From the NCBI RefSeq assembly GCF_006345805.1, contig NC_042998.1, positions 191,146,001-191,210,000 on the forward strand: 64,000 nt of DNA. Direction: 5' to 3'. The stretch is from Octopus sinensis (lineage: Eukaryota). Positions 1 to 12,769 of the stretch are shown here, one piece after another (position 1 is the stretch's first letter; the number at the start of each line of letters is the position of its first letter). Position numbers and translations under genes: made by a program. Under the pieces are notes generated by a model that ran no database searches, was not told the DNA's origin, and worked only from the letters and a program-made list of their open reading frames with translations.

Positions 1-93
1 TGTGTAAGCATGGCTTGATATGAAAGATGTATCGTTTGAACGAACATGTAATTCGCTATCAAAAGTAAACATAAACTAGCACATAAACTAATA

Positions 94-524
94 TATATTC
101 TTTACTACCCACAATGGGCTAAAAACGGAGAGGACAAGCAAGGACAGACAAAGGGATTAAGTCGATTATATCGACCCCAGTGCGTAACTAGTACTTAATT
201 TATCGACCCCGAAAGAATGAAAGGTAAAATCGTCCTGGGCGGAATTTGAACTCAGAACGTAACGGAAGACGAAATATCTATTTCTTTACTACACAAGGGG
301 CAAAACACAGAGAGGACAAACAAGGACAAACAAAGACAGACAAAGGGATTAAGTCGATTATATCGACCCGACCCCAGTGAGTAACTGGTACTTAATTTAT
401 CGACCCCGAAACGATGAAAGACAAAGTCAACCGCGGCGGAATTTGAACTCACAACGTAACGGCGGACGAAATACCGCTAAGCATTTCGCCCGACGTGCTA
501 ACGTTTCTGCCAGCTCGCCGCCTT
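94..524 (-). mobile_element. tRNA-derived SINE family A, head+body+body dimer
   Basis: Minus strand starts GGCGGCGAGCTGGCAGAAACGTTAGC (A-box region), has B-box GAGTTCAAATTCC, central GACTTTGCCTTTCATC..GGGGTCGATAAATTAAGTACCAGTT and tail ..GGGTAGTAAAGAA. The second unit lacks the head. Flanked by a 17-bp direct repeat TAG(C/T)ACATAAACTAATA at 77-93 and 525-541. Confidence 0.9.
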
Positions 525-1339
525 TAGTACATAAACTAATAGCCTGAAATTTGGATGAGGCTGATCAGTCCATTATCTTATGGCTTCGTGAGAAGAAGAA
601 TACTTTTTTTTCTCTACGCAACCTGATTGATTATTACTATCTATTGTAAAACAAATGTGGTCTGTATCATTCACATAACAAATGCATGCACGAAAACTTG
701 GTCGAATTAATAAATTAATAATGTACTACGCAAATGTTTTCGATCCTTTGAAATGTAGTGTATTCTGTTTAATACATATACAATTTATCTCCGCTCTGAT
801 AATTGCTAATTCCACAGGGGATTTTTTCGTTTGTTTATCGTCTTCGGCAGAAACGGGATCAATGTCATGACTCCTTTCTAGTCTTGTTAAATCTCCATCA
901 AACTAGTCGGTTCAGCTTTACTGTATCGGAGTTTGTACTCACCATGTAAGCTAGTTATCATTATAAGCTAATAATCTCCGCGAACAGAAAACTGATGGTT
1001 TGTCCATCCCCAATATGTCAGAAGATAGTCAGGTTTATCCTGTAAATTTCTATGGGGAGATAAAGAAAATGCTCTGTAATGTGGTTGCTTTGTGTACTTT
1101 AAATTATACATTTATTTAAAAAGCATATTGTGCATTTCAAATTATCCAATGATACGTCGTGCACTATTACTTAAGATGAGTGTGAGTGTATTATTTTGTA
1201 TGAGTGTATGTTTGTGTATTTGTATTCAAACAAATGTGCAAAAAGTATATAGTCCTTGTGAGTTTAAATTAACTTGCAAACCTTCACATTCTTATGAAGA
1301 CGGTCAGAGGATGAAGATATACAGCTTAACAGTATTCTA

Positions 1340-1530
1340 GAAAATTGGACGCTTGAATAGCTAGAAATACCAACCAAACCTCTTATCTCAAATCACACCC
1401 TACTGCCTTGAAAAATATAGGGCATATTGGAAGATCTAGTTTAAAGAGACAGGATGGCTACTGGTATTATATCCTTGATCGTATGTCAGCTACATCAGTG
1501 CTGACCTGTAGCTAAGCAACAAAAAAAAAA
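1340..1530 (+). mobile_element. old interspersed repeat (family H), 3' part ending in an A/CAA-rich tail
   Basis: CTAGAAATA..CCAAA..TCTCAAATCACACCCTAC..GATC..CAGTGCTGACCTGTAGCTAAGCAACAAA; diverged matches at about 31640-31790 and 51695-51865. Confidence 0.45.
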
Positions 1531-1534
1531 AAAA

Positions 1535-1925
1535 GGAAAAAGAAACTGTATTCGAAGATGATTCCCAAACAATTACAGAAATGCTGAACCATGCAAAGAG
1601 AGCTGACAGCAGAAAATCTCTTAAAGGAAATAATCCAGTGACGATGAAATGAATGATAAATCTATCATCGACCAACTATGCCAATAGACAAAGAAGTAAT
1701 CAGAGAGAAAAAAATAATCACATGAACGAGAGTTGATACTGGGGTGGGTGGGGGAATTGGGAAATCCATAATTTGCGGTATTAATCTTTGACTTACAGAT
1801 GTTGGCGGATTGACGAAAAAAAGGACACACTATCAAGAAGCTCGAAAGAGAATACTCGACTGAATTACTATTGAAGTGATGCTGCACTTACATATGCAAA
1901 GTGGTTGGAAAAGATTCATTCTGCA
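1535..1925 (+). mobile_element. degenerate CR1/L2-group LINE reverse transcriptase N-terminal fragment
   Basis: Hand translation across frameshifts gives EDDSQTITEMLN ... PIDKEVIREK ... SKENTRLNYY*SDAALTYAKWLEKI, resembling the LINE motif KGSK..NYRPIALTS..CKVLEKI. Confidence 0.45.
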
Positions 1926-3559
1926 TGAAATTATGAAATATATAGAGTTGTAGAAGACAGTATATTTCATGCAATAAAATGCTACTTTCTATTTAAAACA
2001 ATAAAAAAACGCATATATTCCGGAAAGAAACACGCAATCATTAAAAAGTATCGCATATACATATGGGAAAGTATAAAATAAAAGAATGTATAGCACATAC
2101 CTCACAAATCTAAGAAAAGATATAAACAGAATTAATGCTTAAAAACAAATTTAAGCTATTGGGTGCCCACTTATAAAATGATAAAAACGGAACTACATTA
2201 AATATGTTACCTCATGGAAAAAAATCTCACCCATGAAAAGCTATACGTAATTGAAATCCAGGATTTTTTTCTTAAATAGAAATCATACATTAAAACAAGC
2301 AAGGCAATGTTTGAAGAACACCGTTAACCACATTATAGCTGCAGTTGTTATTTTTAAATAAAGTCTCAACGTACGAATATTTCAAGATTACATGTTAGAG
2401 TTGTGTCCTACACTAGAATAACAAAACTAGTCTCGTTACAGAATGCAGCACTTAAATTTTCTTCAAAGTAGAATTCAAGTGTAGCAATTTTAAACAAAAC
2501 TAGGCAAGTAATAGCAATAAGATATAATAAACATATATAGATATGATATAGATAAGATATAATAAACATATATAGTAAATATATTAAAATTAAGATATCA
2601 TAAATATAATAAAAGTATAATATAATTTTCTGTTTTGGAGGGCATATGAAAAGCATGAGTACTACTGCTATATCGTTTGTATATCATAAAACGAGTTTCT
2701 GCCTAATCTCTGTGAATGTATCCTAAAACCTCAGTGAGAAAACAGTAAACCAGAACGCGTTCAGAGGATAAGGCAACGTCAAATTAAAAGGGTAAATGTG
2801 TTAGAAATGGGTGAACAAGATGTGTTGTAGCAATTTTACCTTTAGGGAAAACAGGCTGAAATAAATTACTAATATATCAAATCAAGCATTTCAGTGGTCA
2901 AGTAGTTGTGAATTGGAATGAGAATGGGAATGAATAAAGAAAAGCACATCTACGTAGAAGTGTTTCTAAATTTTGAGATAAACGAAAGCCAATATAAAAG
3001 AGTCATAGAAATAGTACTGAGTCCGTTGAAAATCCACCTGGAATATCACAAGGAAACTGACAATGAATGTGTCAAATGAAAGTATTTAAAAGCCATAAAC
3101 TGTAACCACAGGAAGCTCTTAACCATTTAAGGGGAATTGTAACTAATAGCCAACATCTGAAGCTTACACCTCAACAGGCAGATAAGAAGAAATGCATTTA
3201 AAGGACATGAAATGTTGCATCGTAGGAAAGGAAATTGCATTTACGAAAGACGGTGGAAAATAATGGTGTTTGTAAACTTTACTTTTTATACCGATAAAGG
3301 GACTCTTTAAAAATGCATTAACATTAGTTATAATAGCAAGGAACATAACAAAAGTGAGGTGAGTAATGCATTCCACATTTTATAGATGAGGTTGAAATTA
3401 GTTAACGTGTGTTACCTCATAAATTCTATTAAATCATTAGTTTCACAGTTCTGTTGATTGTGAGGTACCACTGAAGAAGCGGTCTTCATCTAGAGATTCT
3501 CTGGAAGATGACGCTAAAATTATTTCTCTTTACATTCAACAAGTCAAGAGGAAGAGTTG

Positions 3560-4130
3560 AAAAGTACTGCAGGTTAGGTCTCACCTTTAAAAAACTGCCA
3601 CGTTGGGTTTGATTTATTGCTAACACACTGCAAAGTCCTAAGTTATCTGACATTTGAATGTTAGGAACACAGATATAACACAGTTTTGATGAGAGAAAAC
3701 GGAGGCAGAATTGGCAATTATGCGTGAGTAAGGCGGAGCCCTGTCAATTATAGTCCACTCAATTTTAGGGGTTTCATTCCGGAGGTGGAGACGTCTCAAG
3801 AGAAAACGCGACAAAGATGTAGAATTCTCTCTATCTCTGCATCTAAGTGAGTGCATATGGTGTGCGTATCTAACCTTTATGTCATTTACCGTAAAACCCG
3901 TATTGTGTCTTGTGATGCCATCGAACAGTGTGAGGGTGACAGCATTTGTACAGAACAGCATTTGAGGGGCAGGATCTTCCGAGGGGGCAACTGATAGGGT
4001 TTGGAAAGTTACAGGCTTGGAGTGAAATTTGTGCAGATGCATGTTTGCGTATGTTGCAGCGTGCAATGTTAGGTGCTTTTGTCATCTTGGTAATGATGTT
4101 TCAATAGTATTTCTAGAAGGACGACAAACA
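3560..4130 (-). mobile_element. Penelope-like element, GIY-YIG endonuclease fragment (frameshifted)
   Basis: Three frames join as CNFPNPISCPLGRSCPSNAVLYKC / TGFTVNDIKVRYAHHMHSLRCRDRENSTSLSRFL..PKIEWTIIDRAPPYS / NCQFCL. This matches the PLE signature CNC..CPL.G.C..VY.A, F..RY..H..S, ST.LS, I.W.I..RA..Y, C.LCL. Confidence 0.85.
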
Positions 4131-4319
4131 CATAAGAACCGTCTTTGGCTCAGATTAAAAGAGTTATATTATTAACTAACGAAAAATAAAAGAGAAGACG
4201 ACCAGAAATAGCAAGATAATCTGGTTCAACCCTCCATTTAACCTAGAAGCCATCCACCAATGTAATTAGGAACTTCCTGTCGTTGATTAAGTTGCACTTC
4301 CACAAGAATCACAAGTATT

Positions 4320-4497
<178 letters not shown>

Positions 4498-5103
4498 CAT
4501 AGTGTAATACTAAAGAAATCACGTAGGAAACGATGATATGGTATGACCGAAATTACTTTAGTCGCAGGTCTTTTGAAGTAGGACTGACCTGAAGGAAAAT
4601 AATGACACCAATAACTGGCATAATTTCATTCCCAAATAAATAGTGAATTTCCTTTGTACTTGAGATTATTTAAGGTATATGTAATAATCTTTGTGGGATT
4701 CAGGTTTTACACCTTAAGCTCTGCAAAAATGGTAAATAGAAGCAGAATAATTATATAACTTCATAACTTTATCAAGTGCTGAGTATCATCTATCTCACAT
4801 TAAACACCGAATGGTAAACAATATTCATAAAGTTTTGAAAATCACAGCTATTAATGCAGTAGAGAAAATTCTCTCTTATTTTACAGTTAGTTTCAAATAT
4901 AAATTTTAGTAACCGTTCTGTTAATATAAAATCAACACGTGCGCTATTGTCCCGATTACACAGACGACATTTAACAACAACAAATTCGTACTTCTTCCAT
5001 TATGCGTGTAAAGAAATATATGAATGAATATATATAAGAATTTTTTTGCGTAACAATATAAAAAGAACTAAGGCTGTGTAGATGTTAGAGCATTTATAGA
5101 TAG

Positions 5104-5155
5104 GTCTTACAGCTGTTTCTAGGATATGTATCAATTATATTCCTTCATCGGAGAC
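5104..5155 (-). ncRNA. minimal type I hammerhead motif, U4C variant core (CCGAUGA)
   Basis: Minus strand GTCT-CCGATGA-AGGAATAT..ATATCCTA-GAAA-CAGCTG-TA/AGAC. Confidence 0.55.
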
Positions 5156-5230
5156 GGTGTGAGAGGATAGTTTAGTCATAGTTGGTGTAGTTGTGATGAC
5201 TTAATTATGACTTTACTATCCTCTCACACC

Positions 5231-5282
5231 GTCTCTGATGAAGGGATATAATAAATAAATATCCTAGAAACAGCTGTAAGAC
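5231..5282 (+). ncRNA. minimal type I hammerhead ribozyme, canonical core
   Basis: Stem I GTCT(5231-34)/AGAC(5279-82); CUGAUGA 5235-41; stem II GGATAT/ATATCC; GAAA 5267-70; palindromic stem III ACAGCTGT; GUA cleavage after 5278. The base of stem II is an A-A mismatch. Confidence 0.75.
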
Positions 5283-5488
5283 CTTCTATCTATAAATGGT
5301 CTAATATCTACACAGCCTTGGTTTGTTTATCTTATTACGCAAAAAAATCTTATATACACACGCTGACATAGAAGCAACGTTGAACCCTTTATTCGCAATA
5401 TTACTGAATCTGGAAATTAACTATGGTCTGTCTATATCACTTATTCAACATTACCTGACACCTTTCGGTCTCAATGACACCATTATCT

Positions 5489-5536
<48 letters not shown>

Positions 5537-5540
<4 letters not shown>

Positions 5541-5660
5541 CCTGTTCGCTTAGCCAGCGGGGTGGCGTCATTTGAAGGCTAAAACAATACGAAGCGCGTT
5601 GTGACCAGCGATGTGTAACAACATCTGATAGCCTGGTCGGTCACGTGATCACGTGATATA
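5537..5660 (+). mobile_element. isolated retroposon 3' tail (tail E)
   Basis: Matches the reverse complement of 26901-27030 and ends in TCACGTGA repeats followed by (TA)n. Confidence 0.7.
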
Positions 5661-6612
5661 TATATATATTATACACATTTATATTTACATATGTATACGC
5701 ACAGAGGTATATATGTATATGTATGTATATATATTTCCTTTTCATCATTTACTTAATGTGTATTATTCATTTATGTATGCGTGTGTATGTACACAGATAC
5801 AGACACACACACACATATATTTATACATTATATATATGGAAGTCATTGTTAGTATGATTACTCAATAATTATTATTACAACTTATTATCATTACTAGGTA
5901 TGTTTGTGGATTAGCTGTCTGCAATAGAATTGCTGTAATTTAAGTAATATTTTTGTTCAGATTTTCTTCATATTCTCTAGTTTATTTTATTTTTCTAATA
6001 TCATTTATAACTATCCTGTCAAGGATGAGGTTAATATATATAATTATTTTGATGTTTCACGACTAAATAAAGAAAATCTATCAATCTTATAATTGTATTA
6101 GAAGCTCGAGTTTTATATAGCTGTTTTATATATTTTTTTAATCAAACGCCTAACTGAAATTCAATTATGGTTTATGTAACTGCTAAGCGTGTAAACTGAC
6201 AGTAAATAACAGAACTAATTAATCATGTAGCAATATTAAATATACCTTCATGCTTATTTTAATCTTTGTTTTAATTATATTATAATCCACACAGAAGTAT
6301 TGATCAGATACCAATCCATGCCGTTATTATATTTATCTATATTAATGTCTGACGAATGTTGAATTTAACAAGAAATACTTATTAATGCAGTTAATATTTA
6401 AGAAAGTATTAATTCAGAATATATATTCGAGATCAATAAATCAATTATTATAATTCTTTTTCATTTTGCTTTTTCCAATTGCGTTATTATAGTGTTAATA
6501 TTATGTAACAACAATAACCTTATTTATAACTTTTTTTATATCAATTATAAAATAGTTGTCGTTTTCAAATTCTGTAAGGGAACATCAATATCATTAAATG
6601 TAAATACGTGAT

Positions 6613-6736
<124 letters not shown>

Positions 6737-6974
6737 CGAGGTTACCGTGGCCTTTTCCATTGGCTTTTCTTTCTACGAATAAACCTTATCTGTTCCTCCC
6801 TTTACACTTTACATCATGACATTTCTGTGATACACGATCCCTATTGATCGTGCTTTTGTTTTTCCTACGATCACTTTTGATCGAAACCTACCCCCTTTTT
6901 TCTCCCCAAAAAGAAAAGCTCTACTTTGTAATTTGTCCCCTCTGTGTTCAGCCCTGTGTGGCTAATAAAGAAAC
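6737..6974 (+). mobile_element. 5'-truncated non-LTR 3' end (family I), copy 1, between (CTAT)n arrays
   Basis: Homologous to 12770-13059 and 58211-58501; ends TTTGTCCCCTCTGTGTTCAGCCCTGTGTGGCTAATAAAGAAAC followed by (ATCT)n. Confidence 0.8.
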
Positions 6975-6975
6975 A

Positions 6976-7038
<63 letters not shown>

Positions 7039-7185
7039 ATATCTATCTATCTATCTATCTGCCTGTTTGTCTGTCTGTCTGTCTGGTCTATCTATTCTAT
7101 CTATTTCTATATCTACACACACAGACCTGTGTGTATATGTACATATGTATATACATACTTATGTATATATGTATATATATATATG

Positions 7186-7218
<33 letters not shown>

Positions 7219-7464
7219 ATAATATATATATATATGTATAGGTGTGTGTGTGTATATAATGCACGTATGCACATATATTTAAAGAGTAATACAGAAAGAG
7301 ACTGGTAAATGCTGGCATTTAAACTTGGTGAAAAGTAGTCAATACATTATAAAATGCGTATATACTTTATTAGAAGCAGACGATTGTTCAATCATAACTC
7401 TGTATTTCACGGTTCTGATATTTCATAATTTCATTTTTTTTCTTATTCGTCTTAGTTTCTTACG

Positions 7465-7851
7465 GTGGAGGCGCAATGGCCCAGTGGTTAGGGCAGCGGA
7501 CTCGCGGTCGTAGGATCGCGGTCTCGATTCCCAGACCGGGCGTTGTGAGTGTTTATTGAGCGAAAACACATAAAAGCTCCACGAGGCTCCGGCAGGGGGT
7601 GGTGGCGATCCCTGCTGTACTCTTTCACCACAACTTTCTCTCACTCTTACTTCCTGTTTCTGTTGTACCTGTATTTCAAAGGGCCGGCCTTGTCACTCTG
7701 TGTCACGCTGAATATCCCCGAGAACTACGTTAAGGGTACACGTGTCTGTGGAGTGCTCAGCCACTTACACGTTAATTTCACGAGCAGGCTGCTCCGTTGA
7801 TTCGGATCAACCGGAACCCTCGTCGTCGTAATCGACAGAGTGCTTCCATCC
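7465..7851 (+). mobile_element. tRNA-derived SINE family C with tail C, full length
   Basis: Head GGCGCAATGGCCCAGTGGTTAGG..GGTCTCGATTCCC (A and B boxes); 11-bp TSD AGTTTCTTACG at 7454-7464 and 7852-7862. Confidence 0.9.
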
Positions 7852-9986
7852 AGTTTCTTACGACTGGTGCTTGAAGTTGCAATACATATCAATGATGATT
7901 GCTAACAATTCTTATCCAAAAGATTTTGTAAATCCATTTTAATTTGATTAAAATCCATTCAAACATTTATTTCCTATTTTCTTACTATTTGGACGTATTC
8001 GTGTATCATGCTGATGGAATTCGACCCTGATGATATTTGGAACCATGAAATATAATCAAAGAGAAATTGCAAAAGCGCGAAAGCCCTTACAATATATTCT
8101 GAATATTGATCGGTGAAATCTATGAATGATTATTTTATTAAGTATTTTCATAAACTTTCAAGAGAATGTGAAATAATTTTGTTTTGGAGCATTGGCTCCT
8201 TCGAAGCACAACACATAAAGCTACAAATAATAGCGTGTAGGTATTGGGTTGTAAAATCTTTTTGGGTAGAAACAGCTGAAGATTGCCTGTGGGACAGAGT
8301 TTATAAATTTCCCTGTAATGTGCCTCACGAGCTAATGTTTCAAAAACACAACATCATTTCTGGCTCTGTTGGAAGTTCATAAAATTCTTATATCGTCACA
8401 ACGTACAATCCTCGCTGGTAAGAATAAAGTTTCTTAAATGGATTGAGAAATTCGAAGGATTATTTCGGATCAAGGATTGCACGCCTTCATATTTACTGGA
8501 AATGTGGATTCGAGTTACAAGGACAGTCTTCGATTTTTTTCGAAATTAATGGGGTTTTCAACCCAATATTTGCATACTATTATTTATAGATTTACGCGGA
8601 TTGCTTCGAGAGTCAATGTTCCAAAAAGTGAAAAAAAGAATCACGGGAATATATTACAGTATAACGCTTAATGTATTCCAATTTTAAACATAATCCTCAG
8701 GCAGACAGCGTAACATGTGTGACAAGGTTAGCCGATTTGAATTAAAAGTATGTGCATTGTCTTTGTTAATTTACATCTAATCAATTTCAGTTTCAAAGCT
8801 TGGGGCAACCCCAAACTATACTGCAAAATACATGTGCAATGGTTTGGAAATATAATGATGTTGTCGTTCCCAAATTTATAACGATATAAAGTAATGAAAT
8901 CTCACTAGGTATGAAAACTAGGTCATACGTTCGTTTTAATACAAAATTACTACTCACCAAAAACGATTTTAACTAAATTTTATATAAGCTTTCGTGTATA
9001 TATTTGTCTTCCCAACAAAAGAAAATGAATTATTTGACTGACAATCCGACAGAAGAAATTCGCAGTTACCCAAGCCTTATCCTGCTGTGAATTTGATCAA
9101 TTCTCAGCGTGATTTTATGTAAATTTGTGGCAACAAAGAAGGGTATAATTGGAAATCTTTTCTCTATATTTTTAAAATTTTTTCAATAATAATTTATCGA
9201 AACGTGTGACCTTTATCTATTCCATGATCTCAGTACATATATGAAACTCGAAATATAAATCAATAACACTTAATAGTTTATCGACACTAACGTCATGAAT
9301 TAGCTATCTTTTACCAATATGTATGTTTTGCTTTTTGTACACTAATTGATTTTGAGGATTATCAGTATACGTGGTATATAGAATAAATTCCATACTTTGC
9401 TCTGGTGTAAACATAATTTGCTCTTAATGTGAGACAAACATTTTAATCTTTGCACCAGTGATGGCAGTAGAACTTGAAATAAGCATGGCGTTTACATTGT
9501 TGTACTTACTCTTAATAAATGAAGAATCTTCATACATCGATGATTTCTATACGTTTCTAGTTACAGTAATGACACTTGCTTATGGTTATGATGGCAATTT
9601 CAGTTTTGCTTAATGTACCAAAGAGATGTAATGAATCAATGATGTCTCAAGAAATGTGTAATGGACTTATGACGGTGCGAAAGAATGTAATGGAACTACG
9701 ACATCACAAAGTTAAACAAATATTATAACATTCCTTAATGCAGGAAAGAAAGAAATATGGGTCTTTGTTTAAGAAATGGAATTTTCTAACATATTTACGT
9801 ACTGTTAAATTTTTTCTATATTAATGGATTTTAGCGCAAAATATTGAAATATATTCTGTAATCTTTTTTCAGTATTTTTGTTTTACCTTCCAGTTTTTAC
9901 ATCTTGAATTTATTGAAGTATTTTAATATTTCATTGAAATCTTCCGAAATCAGCAGTCAAAAATAAATAAATAAATTTTATCTTAC

Positions 9987-10040
9987 CAATATCTTATGAC
10001 AGAAATTGTACTTACCTGCAAAAGAAAATAAATGAAATTT
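9987..10040 (-). other. candidate recursive splice site (AG/GT) followed by a 29-nt RS-exon
   Basis: Minus strand TTCTAAATTTCATTTATTTTCTTTTGCAG|GTAAGTA at 10016/10015; a second donor G|GTAAGA lies 29 nt downstream at 9987/9986. Confidence 0.35.
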
Positions 10041-10079
10041 AGAACAAAAATTCATGGACTACTTTTAAAAGGATATACA

Positions 10080-10260
<181 letters not shown>

Positions 10261-10588
10261 TGCATAGCGTATATACTGTGAAAATAAACTGAAATAATAT
10301 GTAAAATACTTACGTATCTAGGGTCATACATTATAGAAAGCAATAAAACATTTATAAGAATAAATAAATATAGTAATAAATGGAAAGTAAAGATTTAATA
10401 GAAAATTAGATCACAACAATAACAAAAGAGAAAATTATAAAAATTTGGAAGGAAATATGCAACTAAATTATAATGTAATGTATATATTTATTTTATACCA
10501 ATACTACCTATATGTTGTTCTCGTTTTAATTGTACTAATTGTATGTGTATGCACACAAACATACACTAACACACACCACACACACAAA

Positions 10589-10626
<38 letters not shown>

Positions 10627-11047
10627 GTATATATATATAGATGCTTATTATTTACGTATAGATGTAGCAATTGTTTCTGCAGTTATAATTTAAAATGTAC
10701 TCCATTTATGTGTAAAAAAAAGTAAAAACGATGTCAGCATTTGTTTGTGTAACGAGATTTTCAAGTTGGATGAATTTATTATTTTTATGACTTGATTTGA
10801 TAATGTGTTCTACGATTATTGCAAGATAATCTTGTCTCTAACAATGACATAGAACTACACATTTTTGACATAACCTTACGATTTAACTGGTATGAGTATT
10901 ATCTGCGTTTGATGCACCATTGTGATATTTGAACCTGAAACCTTGAGAGATACAACTGAATACTTCAAATCACTCTGTCTGTTTCTACTAATTATTCCAT
11001 CCGCAAAACAAATGAGGGCAGTTCTTTCCTGATAAACCAATGGATAT

Positions 11048-11222
11048 ATATTTCTTTACAGCCCAGAAGGGGCTAAACATAGAGGGGACAAACAAGGATA
11101 GACAAAGGGAATGAGTCGATTGTATCGCCCCCAGTGTGAAACTGGTACTTTATTTATCGACCTCGAAAGGATGAAAGGCAAAGTTGACCTCGGCGGAATT
11201 TGAACTCAGAACGTAACGACGG
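11048..11222 (-). mobile_element. SINE family A, headless copy
   Basis: Contains B-box, central domain and tail; no A-box head. Confidence 0.85.
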
Positions 11223-11262
11223 ATATAGTTATGAGTGTATATGTGTCAGAGGTTGTGTGCGC

Positions 11263-11370
11263 GTGTAAGTACCAGTTACGCACCAGGGTCGATAAATTCG
11301 ACTTAATCCGTTTGTCTGCCCTTGTTTGTCCTCTCTGTGTTTAGCCCCTTGTGGGTAGTATAGAAATAGG
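11263..11370 (+). mobile_element. SINE family A, 3' half
   Basis: TAAGTACCAGTTACGCAC..TTTAGCCCCTTGTGGGTAGTATAGAAATAG. Confidence 0.85.
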
Positions 11371-11469
11371 TTGTATTAGCGTATGTAGTCTAACATACAC
11401 GCACACAAAACCATCGCGAGGTAAACAGCTGTGGGGATTCGTTTTCTTTATTACATGATACCTCTGTCT

Positions 11470-12030
11470 TGGAGATGCAGGTGAATCTGAAAGGTACACT
11501 CATCTTCACAAAGAAGCCGACAAAAACATCGCTTCAGTCAGGCATGTTTCTTATGTCGAGGAGCAAAGAACAATCTTCGTTGTGGAACACACATTACCCT
11601 AGGAGGACAGACTTGACAAATCTCACCACCTATTTGGCTGATGAGGCTATTTTTAAAGGATGGCATGTTGTCGCATTGCCCAAATAAATCAGCTCAAATT
11701 GTTTGTGGTTGACAATCAACAGCAGATGGAACCCGTTTGCAGGTGAAGGCCAAACCAGTTCTCATTGCTTCAGGTTACTTACATATAATGGCTGAGATGC
11801 TTGTGGCTCCGAAATATCTTTTGGAGATACGTAATTGTTCCTGACGATGCGGTTGTTTTAGTTACCTTCAGGACAAGAGCTTGTAATATTTTCAAGTTGT
11901 ATTCTTCAATACATTGACAAAACACAGTTTTTAGGATCAACCTGACTCTGTAGGTAATCCAGACAGGCATGACATCAATCACAACTGGATAATAAGGGAT
12001 TTCAATTTTTCTAACAAAATATACTAAATA
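11470..12030 (+). mobile_element. possible degenerate CR1-group apurinic endonuclease (APE) fragment
   Basis: Across frameshifts: LTTYLADEAIFKGW ... LLTYNG/EMLV ... WIIRDFNF, resembling LTET.L, SNG.CEMLVV and II.GDFNF. The similarity is weak. Confidence 0.3.
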
Positions 12031-12406
12031 CAGTCAATTGAAGACAATTAAAATTTGATGAAGCTTCTAAGATATTTGATTCACCCAAATTGAGTGATTT
12101 TTAAACCACTGATTTACAGCGAAGTGCATCAATAAGCCATACACATGCAACGTTTGTAGCGCTAAATATAGTTATTTACCGAAATGCATGAAAAAAAATG
12201 TTTTCTCAAGAATGTAGTTGAAAGGGAACTAAACAAAATTAATGTCTTAGACCTCTCCTAAAATGCAATTTTATGGTACGTACGAAAACATAGAAACGTC
12301 ACTGGGACACGTAACCACAATTCTTCGATCAAGTCGACTCTATAAACATTTCAAGTAACTGTGTCATCATTTGAGAGAGAATAATTGGGGCACAGTTTAT
12401 TTAGAC

Positions 12407-12712
12407 CAGTGGTTTTCAACTGGGGTCCATATGGCCCCTAATGGTCCTTATAAGATTTTGGGGGTCCATGTAGCAAAATAATAAATAGGGGATCCACAAT
12501 AGTAGTTTAAGGGCCCCTGAAACATTTTACTTTATATTGGTATGTATTGCAAGAAATAGCTAGGTTTCTTTCTCTAATATTTTACATAGTTCGACCTACA
12601 CAAATTAATATGTGATGAACAAAATAGAAATTCTGGAAGAAATTTTTATAAAACTAGTTTTTGAACATGGAATGGCTATGGGGGTCCACCATAATAAAAT
12701 AGTAACCAAACG
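12407..12712. mobile_element. hAT/Charlie-type MITE
   Basis: Starts CAGTGGTTTTCAACTGGGGTCC with a GGGGTCC subterminal motif near both ends. Flanks TTTAGAC / GTCTA resemble the Charlie NTCTAGAN target. The right TIR is degenerate. Confidence 0.65.
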
Positions 12713-12714
12713 GG

Positions 12715-12749
<35 letters not shown>

Positions 12750-12769
12750 CTATCTATCTATCTATCTAT

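Larger units (their letters stand above)
5033..5492. mobile_element. Penelope pLTR-like element (family HH-1) with a back-to-back inverted duplication
   Basis: Arms about 5033-5180 and 5205-5352 are reverse complements with a ~24-bp spacer. 5455-5492 matches 32182-32218 and on the minus strand encodes EIMVSLRPKGV, like the PLE C-terminal L.P.G motif. Flanked by (TA)n. Confidence 0.8.

Noticed and set aside
819-1050. Possible exons on plus (819-945) and minus (DKPDYLLTYWGWTNHQFSVRGDY*)
   Set aside because: The two readings conflict, have no recognisable homology, and such splice-like sites are expected by chance.
1799-1865. Apparent terminal exon (TTACAG|ATGTTGGC.., DVGGLTKKRTHYQEARKRILD*)
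   Set aside because: The same DNA reads better as part of a decayed CR1-type RT fragment in another frame.
3470-3530. CTGAAGA plus long hairpin resembling a hammerhead
   Set aside because: TAAA replaces GAAA, there is no stem I, and it is opposite to the adjacent PLE ORF.
11780-11990. BTB/BACK-like CLDYLQSQVDPKNC on the minus strand
   Set aside because: Short, needs frameshifts and is flanked by stops; the plus-strand APE-like reading explains more of the region.
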